In this document: piece after piece, positions 9,139-17,026 of the stretch | Layout of the letters: every line of letters starts with the position of its first letter | Position numbering within the stretch: position 1 is the stretch's first letter | Virus record (IMG/VR): IMGVR_UViG_3300011113_000123 | Coordinates: 93,581 to 157,580 of that record | Direction: 5' to 3' (one strand) | Length of the DNA stretch: 64,000 nt | Origin: a virus | Made by a program: the position numbers and the translations under genes | The notes under the pieces: generated by a model | Database searches by the model: none | The model's input: the letters and a program-made list of their open reading frames with translations, nothing else | Told to the model about the DNA's origin: nothing

Positions 9139-9543
9139 GTGACTAAGATAGTGATTAGTCGGTGCTATGGTGGCTTCGGCGTTTCTGAAGCTGGTATGCG
9201 TCGGTATGCTGAGATCAAAGGTCTGCCGTTTTATGTTTGGCAAGACCCTCAGTATCCGAAGGCTTCTACTGATATGTTCAAGCTGTACTTCACGGCTGAT
9301 CCGTCTGGTATGACAAAGATTAACAACGAGTTCTATCGTAAGTATAGCTTGTATGATGGAAACCTCGACCGCGCTGATCCTGTGCTTGTTCAAGTCGTCG
9401 AAGAGCTTGGTGAAAGGGCGAACGGTTGGGCTGCTAAACTTGTGATTGAAGAACTGCCTAAGGGGACTCTGTATCGTATCGAAGAGTATGATGGTTATGA
9501 GTCCATCGAAACCGCTGAAGATATTAACTGGAAGGTAGCATGA
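9139..9543 (+). CDS. Conserved phage hypothetical protein
   Basis: KIVISRCYGGFGVS...RADPVLVQVVEELG...YRIEEYDGYE; GTG start after GGAG. Confidence 0.7.
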   Translation: MTKIVISRCYGGFGVSEAGMRRYAEIKGLPFYVWQDPQYPKASTDMFKLYFTADPSGMTKINNEFYRKYSLYDGNLDRADPVLVQVVEELGERANGWAAKLVIEELPKGTLYRIEEYDGYESIETAEDINWKVA

Positions 9544-9779
9544 AACGAATTATGGCAGTCTCTGTTCTCGCGCTTGGTCTCGCTGGCTGCAACGCGACTG
9601 TGTATGATAGCGGATATCATCGTCGCCCTGTCGCGTCGGTGTATGTCCAGCCTGCTCCAGTCTACGTTGCACCGCGCCATGTGTATCACCCTTATGCGTA
9701 TCGACCCGCGCCTCCGCGTTGTTATACTGTTTGGGAACGTACACACTACGGAATGCGCGAGCGCAGAGTCTGCCACTAG
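9540..9779 (+). CDS. Small lipoprotein
   Basis: Signal peptide with LAGC lipobox; Pro/Tyr/Arg-rich mature part. Confidence 0.7.
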   Translation: MKRIMAVSVLALGLAGCNATVYDSGYHRRPVASVYVQPAPVYVAPRHVYHPYAYRPAPPRCYTVWERTHYGMRERRVCH

Positions 9780-9855
9780 GACTCTTAGCTCAGTAGGTTA
9801 GAGCAACGGTCTTTTAAACCGCAGGTCCTGGGTTCGAGTCCCAGAGAGTCCACCA
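9779..9855 (+). tRNA. tRNA-Lys(TTT)
   Basis: Cloverleaf, CT-TTT-AA, CCA. Confidence 0.95.
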
Positions 9856-9857
9856 AT

Positions 9858-9931
9858 CCTCCTGTAGCTCAAAGGTAGAGCACACGACTGATAATCGTGC
9901 GACCATGGATCGATACCATGCGGGAGGACCA
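9858..9931 (+). tRNA. tRNA-Ile(GAT)
   Basis: CACGA-CTGATAA-TCGTG; atypical T-loop ATCGATA; CCA. Confidence 0.9.
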
Positions 9932-10025
9932 AAATAAAACGGGTTGACAACCACACGCCAACCCAGTATGCTACTAAATATGGAACTTGCTGTTTGACAA
10001 TCGAATCTGGTAGGAACAACGAAAG

Positions 10026-10153
10026 TTGTTTCTTCATGAATGCATCAGAGCGTGGGTGATCGTAAAGCCCGCTAGGCTTTCTCATTCCGTCTAAGTTGGC
10101 CATAATTGACGGTGGTTATAGGAGCTAGATAGCTGGTGCATTCTTGTAGAAAC
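10026..10153 (+). ncRNA. Candidate structured RNA
   Basis: Closing helices TGTTTCT/AGAAACA and GAATGCATCAG/CTGGTGCATTC enclosing hairpins. Confidence 0.4.
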
Positions 10154-10158
10154 ATTTT

Positions 10159-10235
<77 letters not shown>

Positions 10236-10240
10236 TATTC

Positions 10241-10324
10241 GGAGGGTAGCGTCTAAGGTAGACAAACGGTCTTGAAAACCGTGCCACCGCAAGGTTGATG
10301 GTTCGATTCCTTTACCCTCCGCCA
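10241..10324 (+). tRNA. tRNA-Ser(TGA)
   Basis: ACGGT-CTTGAAA-ACCGT, long variable arm, G73, CCA. Confidence 0.9.
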
Positions 10325-10329
10325 TATTT

Positions 10330-10405
10330 GCTTCGCTGGTATAGCTGGTGCGTACGCTGGTCTGAAGAACCAGAGGATGCGGTTCGATTCCGTGGTGAAG
10401 CACCA
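10330..10405 (+). tRNA. tRNA-Phe(GAA)
   Basis: CTGGT-CTGAAGA-ACCAG, CCA. Confidence 0.9.
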
Positions 10406-10456
10406 ATAGCGCCCGTGACTTCGTGGCGCAGCAGCAAGTTACGAGTCTAAGATTTC

Positions 10457-10547
10457 GCGTGGGCTGCAGAGACGGTGGTTCTGCGACGGACTGTAAATCC
10501 GTTCCCTAAGGGTAACGCTGGAGGTTCGAATCCTTCCCCACGCACCA
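10457..10547 (+). tRNA. tRNA-Tyr(GTA)
   Basis: ACGGA-CTGTAAA-TCCGT, long variable arm, CCA. Confidence 0.9.
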
Positions 10548-10554
10548 AGTCAAT

Positions 10555-10632
10555 CCTCTGTTAGTGTAGCGGTCAAACATACCCGCCTTTCAAGCGCGGA
10601 GATCATCGGTTCAAATCCGATACAGAGGACCA
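10555..10632 (+). tRNA. tRNA-Glu(TTC)
   Basis: CT-TTC-AA loop, CCTCTGT/ACAGAGG acceptor, CCA. Confidence 0.85.
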
Positions 10633-10635
10633 AGT

Positions 10636-10754
10636 TGCCAACAATCAGGTCATGAACTGATTGGTCGTTCGTCTAATAGGATAGGACTTTCTTGGGAGGT
10701 TTCCTGATCAGAAACCGATAGGAAGATATGGGTTCGAGCCCCATACGACAGGCA
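10636..10754 (+). ncRNA. tRNA-like RNA with extended anticodon arm and hairpin inserted in the acceptor stem
   Basis: D arm GTCT..GGAC; T arm ATGGG-TTCGAGC-CCCAT; GTCGT/ACGAC; no CCA. Confidence 0.65.
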
Positions 10755-10762
10755 TTGATTTT

Positions 10763-10838
10763 GGACCGTTAGCTGAGTTGGTTTTAGCACAGGACTCTTA
10801 ATCCTAGGACGGGGGTTCGAATCCCTCACGGTCTACCA
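10763..10838 (+). tRNA. tRNA-Lys(CTT)
   Basis: CT-CTT-AA loop, CCA. Confidence 0.9.
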
Positions 10839-10854
10839 TATATAGAAGTATCAT

Positions 10855-10931
10855 TCCCAAGGAGCCTGATTGGTACAGGCACGTGACTGTTAATCACGCC
10901 GCTATAGGTTCGAGTCCTATCTTGGGAGCCA
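10855..10931 (+). tRNA. tRNA-Asn(GTT)
   Basis: CGTGA-CTGTTAA-TCACG, G73, CCA. Confidence 0.93.
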
Positions 10932-10935
10932 GTTT

Positions 10936-11010
10936 GGTCCGTTAGCTCAGTGGGAGAGCAACTCCTTTACACGGAGAAGGTCGGCAGTTCAACCCTGTCA
11001 CGGACTACCA
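10936..11010 (+). tRNA. tRNA-Val(TAC)
   Basis: TT-TAC-AC loop, CCA. Confidence 0.93.
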
Positions 11011-11066
11011 CTTTGGTGGCTTGTAGGAGCATTAAAGAACGGCACAACCGTTCGCCAAAACATTTT

Positions 11067-11142
11067 GGGGGTATAGCTCAGTTGGGAGAGCGTCTGCTTT
11101 GCAAGCAGAATGTCGGCGGTTCGATCCCGTCTACCTCCACCA
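11067..11142 (+). tRNA. tRNA-Ala(TGC)
   Basis: G3:U70, TT-TGC-AA, CCA. Confidence 0.95.
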
Positions 11143-11143
11143 A

Positions 11144-11213
11144 GTTGACACGGGTAATACAGCGACTCAAATCATCCGTCACTATCGACTGTCGTTGGCG
11201 ATAGCGTGTCAGC
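11144..11213 (+). ncRNA. Candidate three-way-junction RNA with kissing loops
   Basis: GTTGACAC/GTGTCAGC closing stem; complementary loops CAGCGAC and GTCGTTG. Confidence 0.45.
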
Positions 11214-11271
11214 ATATCGGGTGGCTACGTAATAAGCCCGCGTGGGTCCACGGTTAGCCCACACCAGTTCC

Positions 11272-11347
<76 letters not shown>

Positions 11348-11456
11348 GAACCAAAATGTGGGGTCACCGCACAATAGGGTAAGCGCACTTGCGTTTGTAA
11401 TGCTAAGGTGATAGGTATTCGACGGGTGGACCTCAACTAACCCGTCACAGATTTAA

Positions 11457-11532
11457 TGCAGAGTAGAGAAGTGGTCATCTCACGTGGTTCATACCCACGG
11501 AATCGTCAGTTCGAATCTGACCTCTGCAACCA
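11457..11532 (+). tRNA. tRNA-Met(CAT), initiator-like
   Basis: CGTGG-TTCATAC-CCACG; A11:U24; weak U1:A72 pair. Confidence 0.85.
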
Positions 11533-11533
11533 A

Positions 11534-11723
11534 GATGTGCTGTAGGATAGTCCTCTGGAGAATACGAGCAGAGTGGTTTCTGTAAGTACCATGACTTCTA
11601 TGCCTCAGTCTCTAGATTAACCAACTAGAGATCGCGTGAGGGCGCTGTTACCGAGCAGCAGGCAAGGTGAGGAGATCATCATCGGTTACTAATTCACAGG
11701 GGATGGGAACCTGTGCATCACCA
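11534..11723 (+). ncRNA. About 190-nt multibranched RNA ending in CCA (possibly manA-motif-like)
   Basis: GATGT/GCATC closure, nested stems, ACCGA/TCGGT pseudoknot; family call from recall only. Confidence 0.5.
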
Positions 11724-11876
11724 ATCGTATGACGCGAGCTCAGTTTGCGTCATGAAGCGCGCTGCTGCTGCGATTGGATATAGGCTCAAGCCGCCTGAAG
11801 AGTCTTGGTTAAGCAGCCGTCTAATCCTAATTGAATCTGTCACGCGAAAAGGTGACGCTGGATGGCAGTAACCAGC

Positions 11877-11929
11877 TGTGTTATGAAACGGCTAATGCGT
11901 TTTCATATTATTAGCCGTTTCATAACACA
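11877..11929. repeat. Perfect 20-bp inverted repeat
   Basis: TGTGTTATGAAACGGCTAAT / ATTAGCCGTTTCATAACACA with a 13-nt loop. Confidence 0.9.
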
Positions 11930-11931
11930 TT

Positions 11932-12007
11932 GGCTTCGTAGCTCAGTTGGGAGAGCATCCGCCTGTCACGCGGAAGGTCGCGGGATCGAGACCCGTCGAA
12001 GTCGCCA
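11932..12007 (+). tRNA. tRNA-Asp(GTC)
   Basis: TCCGC-CTGTCAC-GCGGA, G73, CCA. Confidence 0.93.
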
Positions 12008-12008
12008 T

Positions 12009-12084
12009 TCCAGGATAGTTCAGTCGGTAGAACATCAGATTCTGATTCTGAGTGTCGGTGGTTCGAATCCATCTCCTGGATCCA
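12009..12084 (+). tRNA. tRNA-Gln(CTG)
   Basis: TCAGA-TTCTGAT-TCTGA, U1:A72, CCA. Confidence 0.93.
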
Positions 12085-12088
12085 TTTC

Positions 12089-12163
12089 GGTGCTTGAGCA
12101 GGACGGTAATGCGCGGGACTGCAAATCCTTGAGAACCCAGTTCGACTCTGGGAAGCACCTCCA
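12089..12163 (+). tRNA. tRNA-Cys(GCA)
   Basis: CT-GCA-AA, U73, CCA. Confidence 0.9.
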
Positions 12164-12181
12164 TATCAAAGGGAAGTGAGC

Positions 12182-12313
12182 ATGAGTTGGATCGTGATTA
12201 TACCTGACGATGTTACTGGTGATATCGTTCAGGAGTTTCTATCTTACTACGACGCCGTTCTGTTTGCAGATTCTTTGCAGCATTATGGCGCGAGACTTCT
12301 GTACGATCTATGA
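12182..12313 (+). CDS. Small hypothetical protein (43 aa)
   Basis: MSWIVIIPDDVTG...; ATGA-coupled to the next ORF. Confidence 0.45.
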   Translation: MSWIVIIPDDVTGDIVQEFLSYYDAVLFADSLQHYGARLLYDL

Positions 12314-12516
12314 ACTTCGACGATCCTCACTTCAAAAGTGAGTTCTGGCGCTGGTTCGATAACATATCACCCGCAGAACGTAAGAAGTTCAAAGAGTACT
12401 CAGCTGACATGGCGGAGCTCTTTTTCTACAATAAGTATTTCAGCAAGGGGATCGACCCCTTCGAAGATCAGGTAGCTCAACTGAATAGAGCATCGCGCTA
12501 CGAACGCGAAGGTTGA
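12310..12516 (+). CDS. Hypothetical protein whose 3' end overlaps tRNA-Arg(ACG)
   Basis: MNFDDPHFKSEFWRWFD...; stop codon lies inside the tRNA. Confidence 0.55.
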   Translation: MNFDDPHFKSEFWRWFDNISPAERKKFKEYSADMAELFFYNKYFSKGIDPFEDQVAQLNRASRYEREG

Positions 12517-12542
12517 GGGTTTGAGTCCTTCCCTGATCGCCA
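12466..12542 (+). tRNA. tRNA-Arg(ACG)
   Basis: TCGCG-CTACGAA-CGCGA, CCA. Confidence 0.92.
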
Positions 12543-12547
12543 TATAT

Positions 12548-12622
12548 GTCACCGACGATGTTGTGAGAAACATTGTTTCCGAAAAGAAACATAAGCCGTT
12601 TGAATCGGATAGGTGGCCACCA
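12548..12622 (+). ncRNA. Degenerate cloverleaf RNA ending in CCA
   Basis: GTCACC/GGTGGC, GATGTT/AACATT, GTTTC/GAAAC, CCG-TTTGAAT-CGG. Confidence 0.5.
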
Positions 12623-12625
12623 ACT

Positions 12626-12699
12626 GCGGGTGTAGCTCAATGGTAGAGCAGAACGTTGCCAACGTTACGACGAGAGTTCGATTCTCTCTATCCGCTCCA
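12626..12699 (+). tRNA. tRNA-Gly(GCC)
   Basis: TT-GCC-AA, U73, CCA. Confidence 0.93.
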
Positions 12700-12704
12700 A
12701 TATC

Positions 12705-12781
12705 GCCCCTGTAGCCCAATTGGTAGAGGTGCCGGTCTTAGAAACCGTAGGTTGTCAGTTCGAATCTGACCTGGGGCACCA
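12705..12781 (+). tRNA. tRNA-Leu(TAG), short variable loop
   Basis: CT-TAG-AA, A73, CCA. Confidence 0.9.
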
Positions 12782-12786
12782 TTCAC

Positions 12787-12862
12787 GTCGGAATAGCTCA
12801 GTTGGTAGAGCAGTGGTTTCATACGCCGCGCGTCGCAAGTTCGATCCTTGCTTCCGACACCA
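12787..12862 (+). tRNA. tRNA-Met(CAT) elongator or Ile2
   Basis: GTGGT-TTCATAC-GCCGC, CCA. Confidence 0.85.
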
Positions 12863-12866
12863 TATC

Positions 12867-12943
12867 GCCCATGTAGCGCAACTGGTAGAGGCGGCGGTTT
12901 CAAACTCCGCATGTTGGGGGTTCGAGTCCCTCCATGGGCACCA
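12867..12943 (+). tRNA. tRNA-Leu(CAA), short variable loop
   Basis: GCGGT-TTCAAAC-TCCGC, A73, CCA. Confidence 0.85.
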
Positions 12944-13021
12944 AGATGGGTTGTTTGCGTTAGGGCTTTGCCGCAAGACATGAAAGTATAAGGTTCGCTC
13001 TTATACGCCCAATGAATATAT

Positions 13022-13097
13022 GCTCGCTTGGTGTTGTTGGTCAGCACGCTAGATTGTGGATCTGGAAGACTTGGTTCGAATCCAAGAGCGGGTACCA
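13022..13097 (+). tRNA. tRNA-His(GTG), alphaproteobacterial type
   Basis: TT-GTG-GA; no G-1; G1:U72; A73. Confidence 0.92.
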
Positions 13098-13123
13098 TAT
13101 ATAATCGTGGAGGTGATTCACGA

Positions 13124-13543
13124 ATGATGAAGATTCTTATTACAACCGCGTTCCTACTTGTTTCCAGCTCTGCAGTCGCTAATCCATACGACTACAGAGT
13201 CATTCGCGTTTTAGATGGCGATACAGTTGAGTTCGACGCACCGTTCCTACCAAAAGAACTGAAGCAGGTATTGAAGCTTCGTATCGAAGGGGTCGACACT
13301 CCTGAGAAAGGGCGGATGGCTAAATGTGATAGAGAACGCGATCTAGCAGAACGTGCTACTCGTTTCACTCAGCAAAGAGTAGCCAGCGCGAAGAAACATC
13401 AAATCGTTATTGTTGGCTGGGATAAGTATGGTGGGCGAGTGATTGGCGATCTAATGCTAGATGGTCAGTCGCTGAAAAAGATGCTTCTTGACAGCAAGAA
13501 CGCGATGCCCTACGATGGTGGTAAGAAAGCGAGTTGGTGCTAA
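13124..13543 (+). CDS. Thermonuclease (SNase family) with signal peptide
   Basis: VLDGDT, LRIEGVDTPE, DKYGGR; GGAGG RBS. Confidence 0.9.
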   Translation: MMKILITTAFLLVSSSAVANPYDYRVIRVLDGDTVEFDAPFLPKELKQVLKLRIEGVDTPEKGRMAKCDRERDLAERATRFTQQRVASAKKHQIVIVGWDKYGGRVIGDLMLDGQSLKKMLLDSKNAMPYDGGKKASWC

Positions 13544-13791
13544 TGAGCGGTGCAGCCTGGAATACCAAAAAGAAAACGCCCGAGCAAGAGTGGGACGAGC
13601 TCGTCATTATGAAGAACGAATATTCAGATATCCTAACCACAGAAGAATGCTTAGTTCCTACCTTTGAAGAATACAGAAAGCAAAGATGGGAAGAAGTTAG
13701 AGGAACTCCATACGAGCCATCTGGTATGTTTGGTTGTTGGGGATTCAATGTCAGGCTGGAAAAAGAATACAAAATCAAGTATCCTAAATAA
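13543..13791 (+). CDS. Hypothetical protein
   Basis: TAATG coupling. Confidence 0.5.
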   Translation: MSGAAWNTKKKTPEQEWDELVIMKNEYSDILTTEECLVPTFEEYRKQRWEEVRGTPYEPSGMFGCWGFNVRLEKEYKIKYPK

Positions 13792-13877
13792 GGAGCGTGG
13801 GCAGGATGGTAATGCAGCGGTTTGCTAAACCGTAGGACCGTAAGGTTCAATTGGTTCGATTCCAATACGCTCCGCCA
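13792..13877 (+). tRNA. tRNA-Ser(GCT)
   Basis: TT-GCT-AA, long variable arm, G73, CCA. Confidence 0.92.
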
Positions 13878-13880
13878 TAC

Positions 13881-13954
13881 ATCAGTGAAGTGTTACGGTA
13901 GCACGGCGGTCTCCAAAACCGCAGGCGAGGGTTCGACTCCTTCCACTGGTGCCA
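13881..13954 (+). tRNA. tRNA-Trp(CCA)
   Basis: GCGGT-CTCCAAA-ACCGC, G73, CCA. Confidence 0.93.
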
Positions 13955-13984
13955 TTTCACTCATATGAATGTTATATCTGCATC

Positions 13985-15517
13985 ATGATTCGTAAGATCA
14001 TTATCTTCTCACAGAATAATGGCGCAGGATTCAATTTCATGAAATCTGCGTCTAATCTTCGTCTATCCTACATGCTAAGATCTGTAGGATACGAGGTGAA
14101 GCAGATCCATAACTGTTTGTCATTCACTCCTGAAGAAATCAAATGGATCGTACAGAACTTTACTCAAGGCGAGCCCGCATTAGCATGTTTCAGTTCTTCA
14201 TTTATCAATACGACATTTAGAAAGAATATCGCAGAGCTGAAAGGCATAAACCATATAGAAACTTCTCAAGTAGGCTTCAGATGGGGTTCTGAAGCCTTTT
14301 CTTTCTTGCTGAGATCATTCTCAGTAATCAAAAGCATGAACATACCTATCATGCTAGGTGGATGGGAAATAGAAAAGAACAAGTTTCAAAGCGCGAAGAA
14401 CAGACACTCTTGGGGATTGGATGTTCTAGATAAGTTCGTAGATCTTTATGTCATCGGTAACAATATTGACGTGATCTTAAATTTCACGCGAAACGAACAT
14501 ATTGAATACGAAACAATAGGCGGCTCGCGAATAGCTATTGCGTCTGATATCGTCGATTTCAGTGACTGCGCTTCGACTCCTCTCATCGAAGATCATATTC
14601 TAGAAGACGAAAGTCTTCCAACAGAAATAGCTGCTGGATGCATTTTCAGTTGTCAGTTCTGCAACTATGCTGCGCTTGGTAAGAAAAAGACCGAGTATGT
14701 TCGTACATATGAAAGTTTAGAGCGAGAGCTCATTTCCAACTACGAAAACTTCAAGACTCGTATGTATCTCCTCACAGACAACATCATGAATGACTATGAG
14801 GAGAAGCTGAAGTTTCTAATTAGAATCCGTGAAAAGACTGGAGTCGATATTAGATGGACGGGATACGTTCGTCTCGATACGATCAAACGCAAAGAGCAAG
14901 CTCAGCTACTACTCGATTCAGGTATAGCTGGTGCTACATTTGGTATAGAATCTCTTAAGAAAGATGCTGGACCCAGCATTGGTAAGATGACTGATAAGAG
15001 TAAGCTGATTCAGTCGATGGAAATATTTCGTGGCGTGATAGGAGATAATTGCATAACGACTGGTTCGTTCATAGCAGGGCTCCCGAACGAAACTATCGAC
15101 GATCTGTTGAAAACGAAGGAATGGCTAAACTCAAAAGAAGGAAGATATTTCATAGATCAACACACGTTCACGTCTCTAGTGTTGTTCGACGGAAACGAAA
15201 ACAAGAATGATATCAACATAGCTCGAAACGATCCTTTCAGAGACTATGAAAGAACGAACAATCCATACAAGTGGAAAAGCCCTTGGGGAAGTTCTGATGA
15301 TTTCATGGCTCTTGCTAGAAAGTTTAATACAGAAGACCGAATGCAGACTGCTGCGTTCTCGCTCCCATTCTTACATAATGTTGGGTTAAAGGTAGAAAAT
15401 GCAGTCAAGCTGACTAGAAACGCAGACAGAGAACTGCAGAAACAAATAATAGGTAAACTTCAACCAAACTACAAGACCAAAATAGAAACATACAAGTCGA
15501 AAATGCTAGGTAAATAG
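13985..15517 (+). CDS. Radical SAM protein
   Basis: GCIFSCQFC (CxxxCxxC), FGIES, FIAGLPNET. Confidence 0.85.
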   Translation: MIRKIIIFSQNNGAGFNFMKSASNLRLSYMLRSVGYEVKQIHNCLSFTPEEIKWIVQNFTQGEPALACFSSSFINTTFRKNIAELKGINHIETSQVGFRWGSEAFSFLLRSFSVIKSMNIPIMLGGWEIEKNKFQSAKNRHSWGLDVLDKFVDLYVIGNNIDVILNFTRNEHIEYETIGGSRIAIASDIVDFSDCASTPLIEDHILEDESLPTEIAAGCIFSCQFCNYAALGKKKTEYVRTYESLERELISNYENFKTRMYLLTDNIMNDYEEKLKFLIRIREKTGVDIRWTGYVRLDTIKRKEQAQLLLDSGIAGATFGIESLKKDAGPSIGKMTDKSKLIQSMEIFRGVIGDNCITTGSFIAGLPNETIDDLLKTKEWLNSKEGRYFIDQHTFTSLVLFDGNENKNDINIARNDPFRDYERTNNPYKWKSPWGSSDDFMALARKFNTEDRMQTAAFSLPFLHNVGLKVENAVKLTRNADRELQKQIIGKLQPNYKTKIETYKSKMLGK

Positions 15518-15519
15518 CT

Positions 15520-15996
15520 ATGATGAAAAACATGAATCTAGATGAAGTCCGCGAGTTCATTCGTAACACTTCTGACGAAACTTGCATCTATATCGGCGCT
15601 GACAGTGAACGCTATTGTGGAAAAAATAATCTGTGGTACGCCGACTACACGCTGGCTGTCGTGATTCACTACGACGGATCGCGCGGATGTAAGGTGTTTG
15701 GTAAGATGGAAACCGAACGCGACTATGATCAGCGTAAGGATCGTCCAGCTTATCGCTTAATGAACGAAGTGTATAAGGTTGCTCAGCTATACATGGATCT
15801 GGCTGAAGCGATTGGAGATAGACACGCTGAAGTTCATCTCGATATCAACCCTGATATTATCCACGGCAGCAGCTGCGTGGTGCAGCAAGCTGTCGGATAC
15901 ATTCGAGGAACGTGTAACGTTGTGCCTCGAGTGAAACCCGACGCTTTTGCTGCTTCTTATGCAGCTGATAGATTAAAGGAGATTCTTACCGCATGA
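15520..15996 (+). CDS. RNase H-like YkuK family protein
   Basis: IYIGADS, RLMNEV, EVHLDIN, VKPDAFAASYAAD. Confidence 0.8.
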   Translation: MMKNMNLDEVREFIRNTSDETCIYIGADSERYCGKNNLWYADYTLAVVIHYDGSRGCKVFGKMETERDYDQRKDRPAYRLMNEVYKVAQLYMDLAEAIGDRHAEVHLDINPDIIHGSSCVVQQAVGYIRGTCNVVPRVKPDAFAASYAADRLKEILTA

Positions 15997-16583
15997 TTAC
16001 GATAGAAAACTTCATCCTCCAATATGATAATCTTTTCTCAGCTCAGGAGTGCCAGCAGTTCATCGATTCATTCAATCGTATGGAGCGCGCTGGCTTCACG
16101 ATCAGTCGTCAGAAAGAAGGAAATTCGTCGACTGTAAAGAAAGACGATCAGTTCTACTTCTCAGATTTCTTGTCTGGAATGGAACTGGATATATCTGACA
16201 TAGCACCATTCAAGATGATGACGGAGCGTTTCTGGAATAACGTATATCCAGCTTATGCTGAGCAGTATGGCGCTTTGAATCAAATGGCAAACATGACGGT
16301 TCGTTTGGCTAAGATTCAGAAGACTGAGATTGGTGGCGGATATCACATCTGGCACAATGAAGATGATACGCCACAAAACATGCGTCGCGTGGCTACGTTC
16401 ATTCTGTATCTAAACGATGTGGATGAAGGCGGAGAGACGGAGTTCTTGTATTACCCAAAGCGAGTTAAGGCTAAAACTGGCAGATTCATTCTGTGGCCTG
16501 CTGGCTACACCCACACTCATCGCGGCAATCCGCCAATCAGCAATACCAAATATATCGTCACTGGCTGGATGGAAATGACTTGA
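15993..16583 (+). CDS. 2OG-Fe(II) oxygenase (prolyl-4-hydroxylase-like)
   Basis: WHNE, YLNDVDEGGETEF, HTHRG, KYIVTGW. Confidence 0.9.
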   Translation: MITIENFILQYDNLFSAQECQQFIDSFNRMERAGFTISRQKEGNSSTVKKDDQFYFSDFLSGMELDISDIAPFKMMTERFWNNVYPAYAEQYGALNQMANMTVRLAKIQKTEIGGGYHIWHNEDDTPQNMRRVATFILYLNDVDEGGETEFLYYPKRVKAKTGRFILWPAGYTHTHRGNPPISNTKYIVTGWMEMT

Positions 16584-16633
16584 CAACCTGACCTTTTGTG
16601 CATATAATTGATATTGTCATGAGGGGTCAGTAT

Positions 16634-17026
16634 ATGGCTATCTTACCAATCTACTACACCACTACCAACATGCGTAAGCGTAAGACTCGTAAGCCAACTC
16701 AGGCTATGATTGAGTCTCAGCGTAAGACACAAGAGTTGCTTGATCGTGTAGGCTATCGTAAGCCAACCAAAACGACTAAGAAATTCACATACTCACTCGA
16801 AGTAGAGTCTAATGCAGCTCCTATGTCTAACACCATTCCTGGTGGCATAGCTGCCAAGCGTGATAAGCTGAACGATCATAAATGGAAACGTGGTGCAGAA
16901 GAGTCTGCTGCTACTGTCAAAGCTATCGAGGATAAGGCTAAACGTCTTGCTCCTGCATTCAACAAAGGTGCAGTGCAATATATCACTGATGAAACTGATG
17001 CTAAGTATCTTGGGAGGAAGGTATGA
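16634..17026 (+). CDS. Conserved T4-like hypothetical protein
   Basis: MAILPIYYTTT...APAFNKGAVQYI; TTGACA promoter upstream. Confidence 0.65.
   Translation: MAILPIYYTTTNMRKRKTRKPTQAMIESQRKTQELLDRVGYRKPTKTTKKFTYSLEVESNAAPMSNTIPGGIAAKRDKLNDHKWKRGAEESAATVKAIEDKAKRLAPAFNKGAVQYITDETDAKYLGRKV

Noticed and set aside
11534-11723. RNase P RNA (TAGGATAGTCC resembles GAGGAAAGTCC)
   Set aside because: No matching 3' conserved region to form P4 could be found.
12867-12943. Opal suppressor or Sec tRNA (TCA anticodon)
   Set aside because: The stem register GCGGT/TCCGC centres the loop on CAA; the TCA register does not pair.
12947-13011. Hammerhead ribozyme (three-way junction with GAAA)
   Set aside because: No CUGANGA core.
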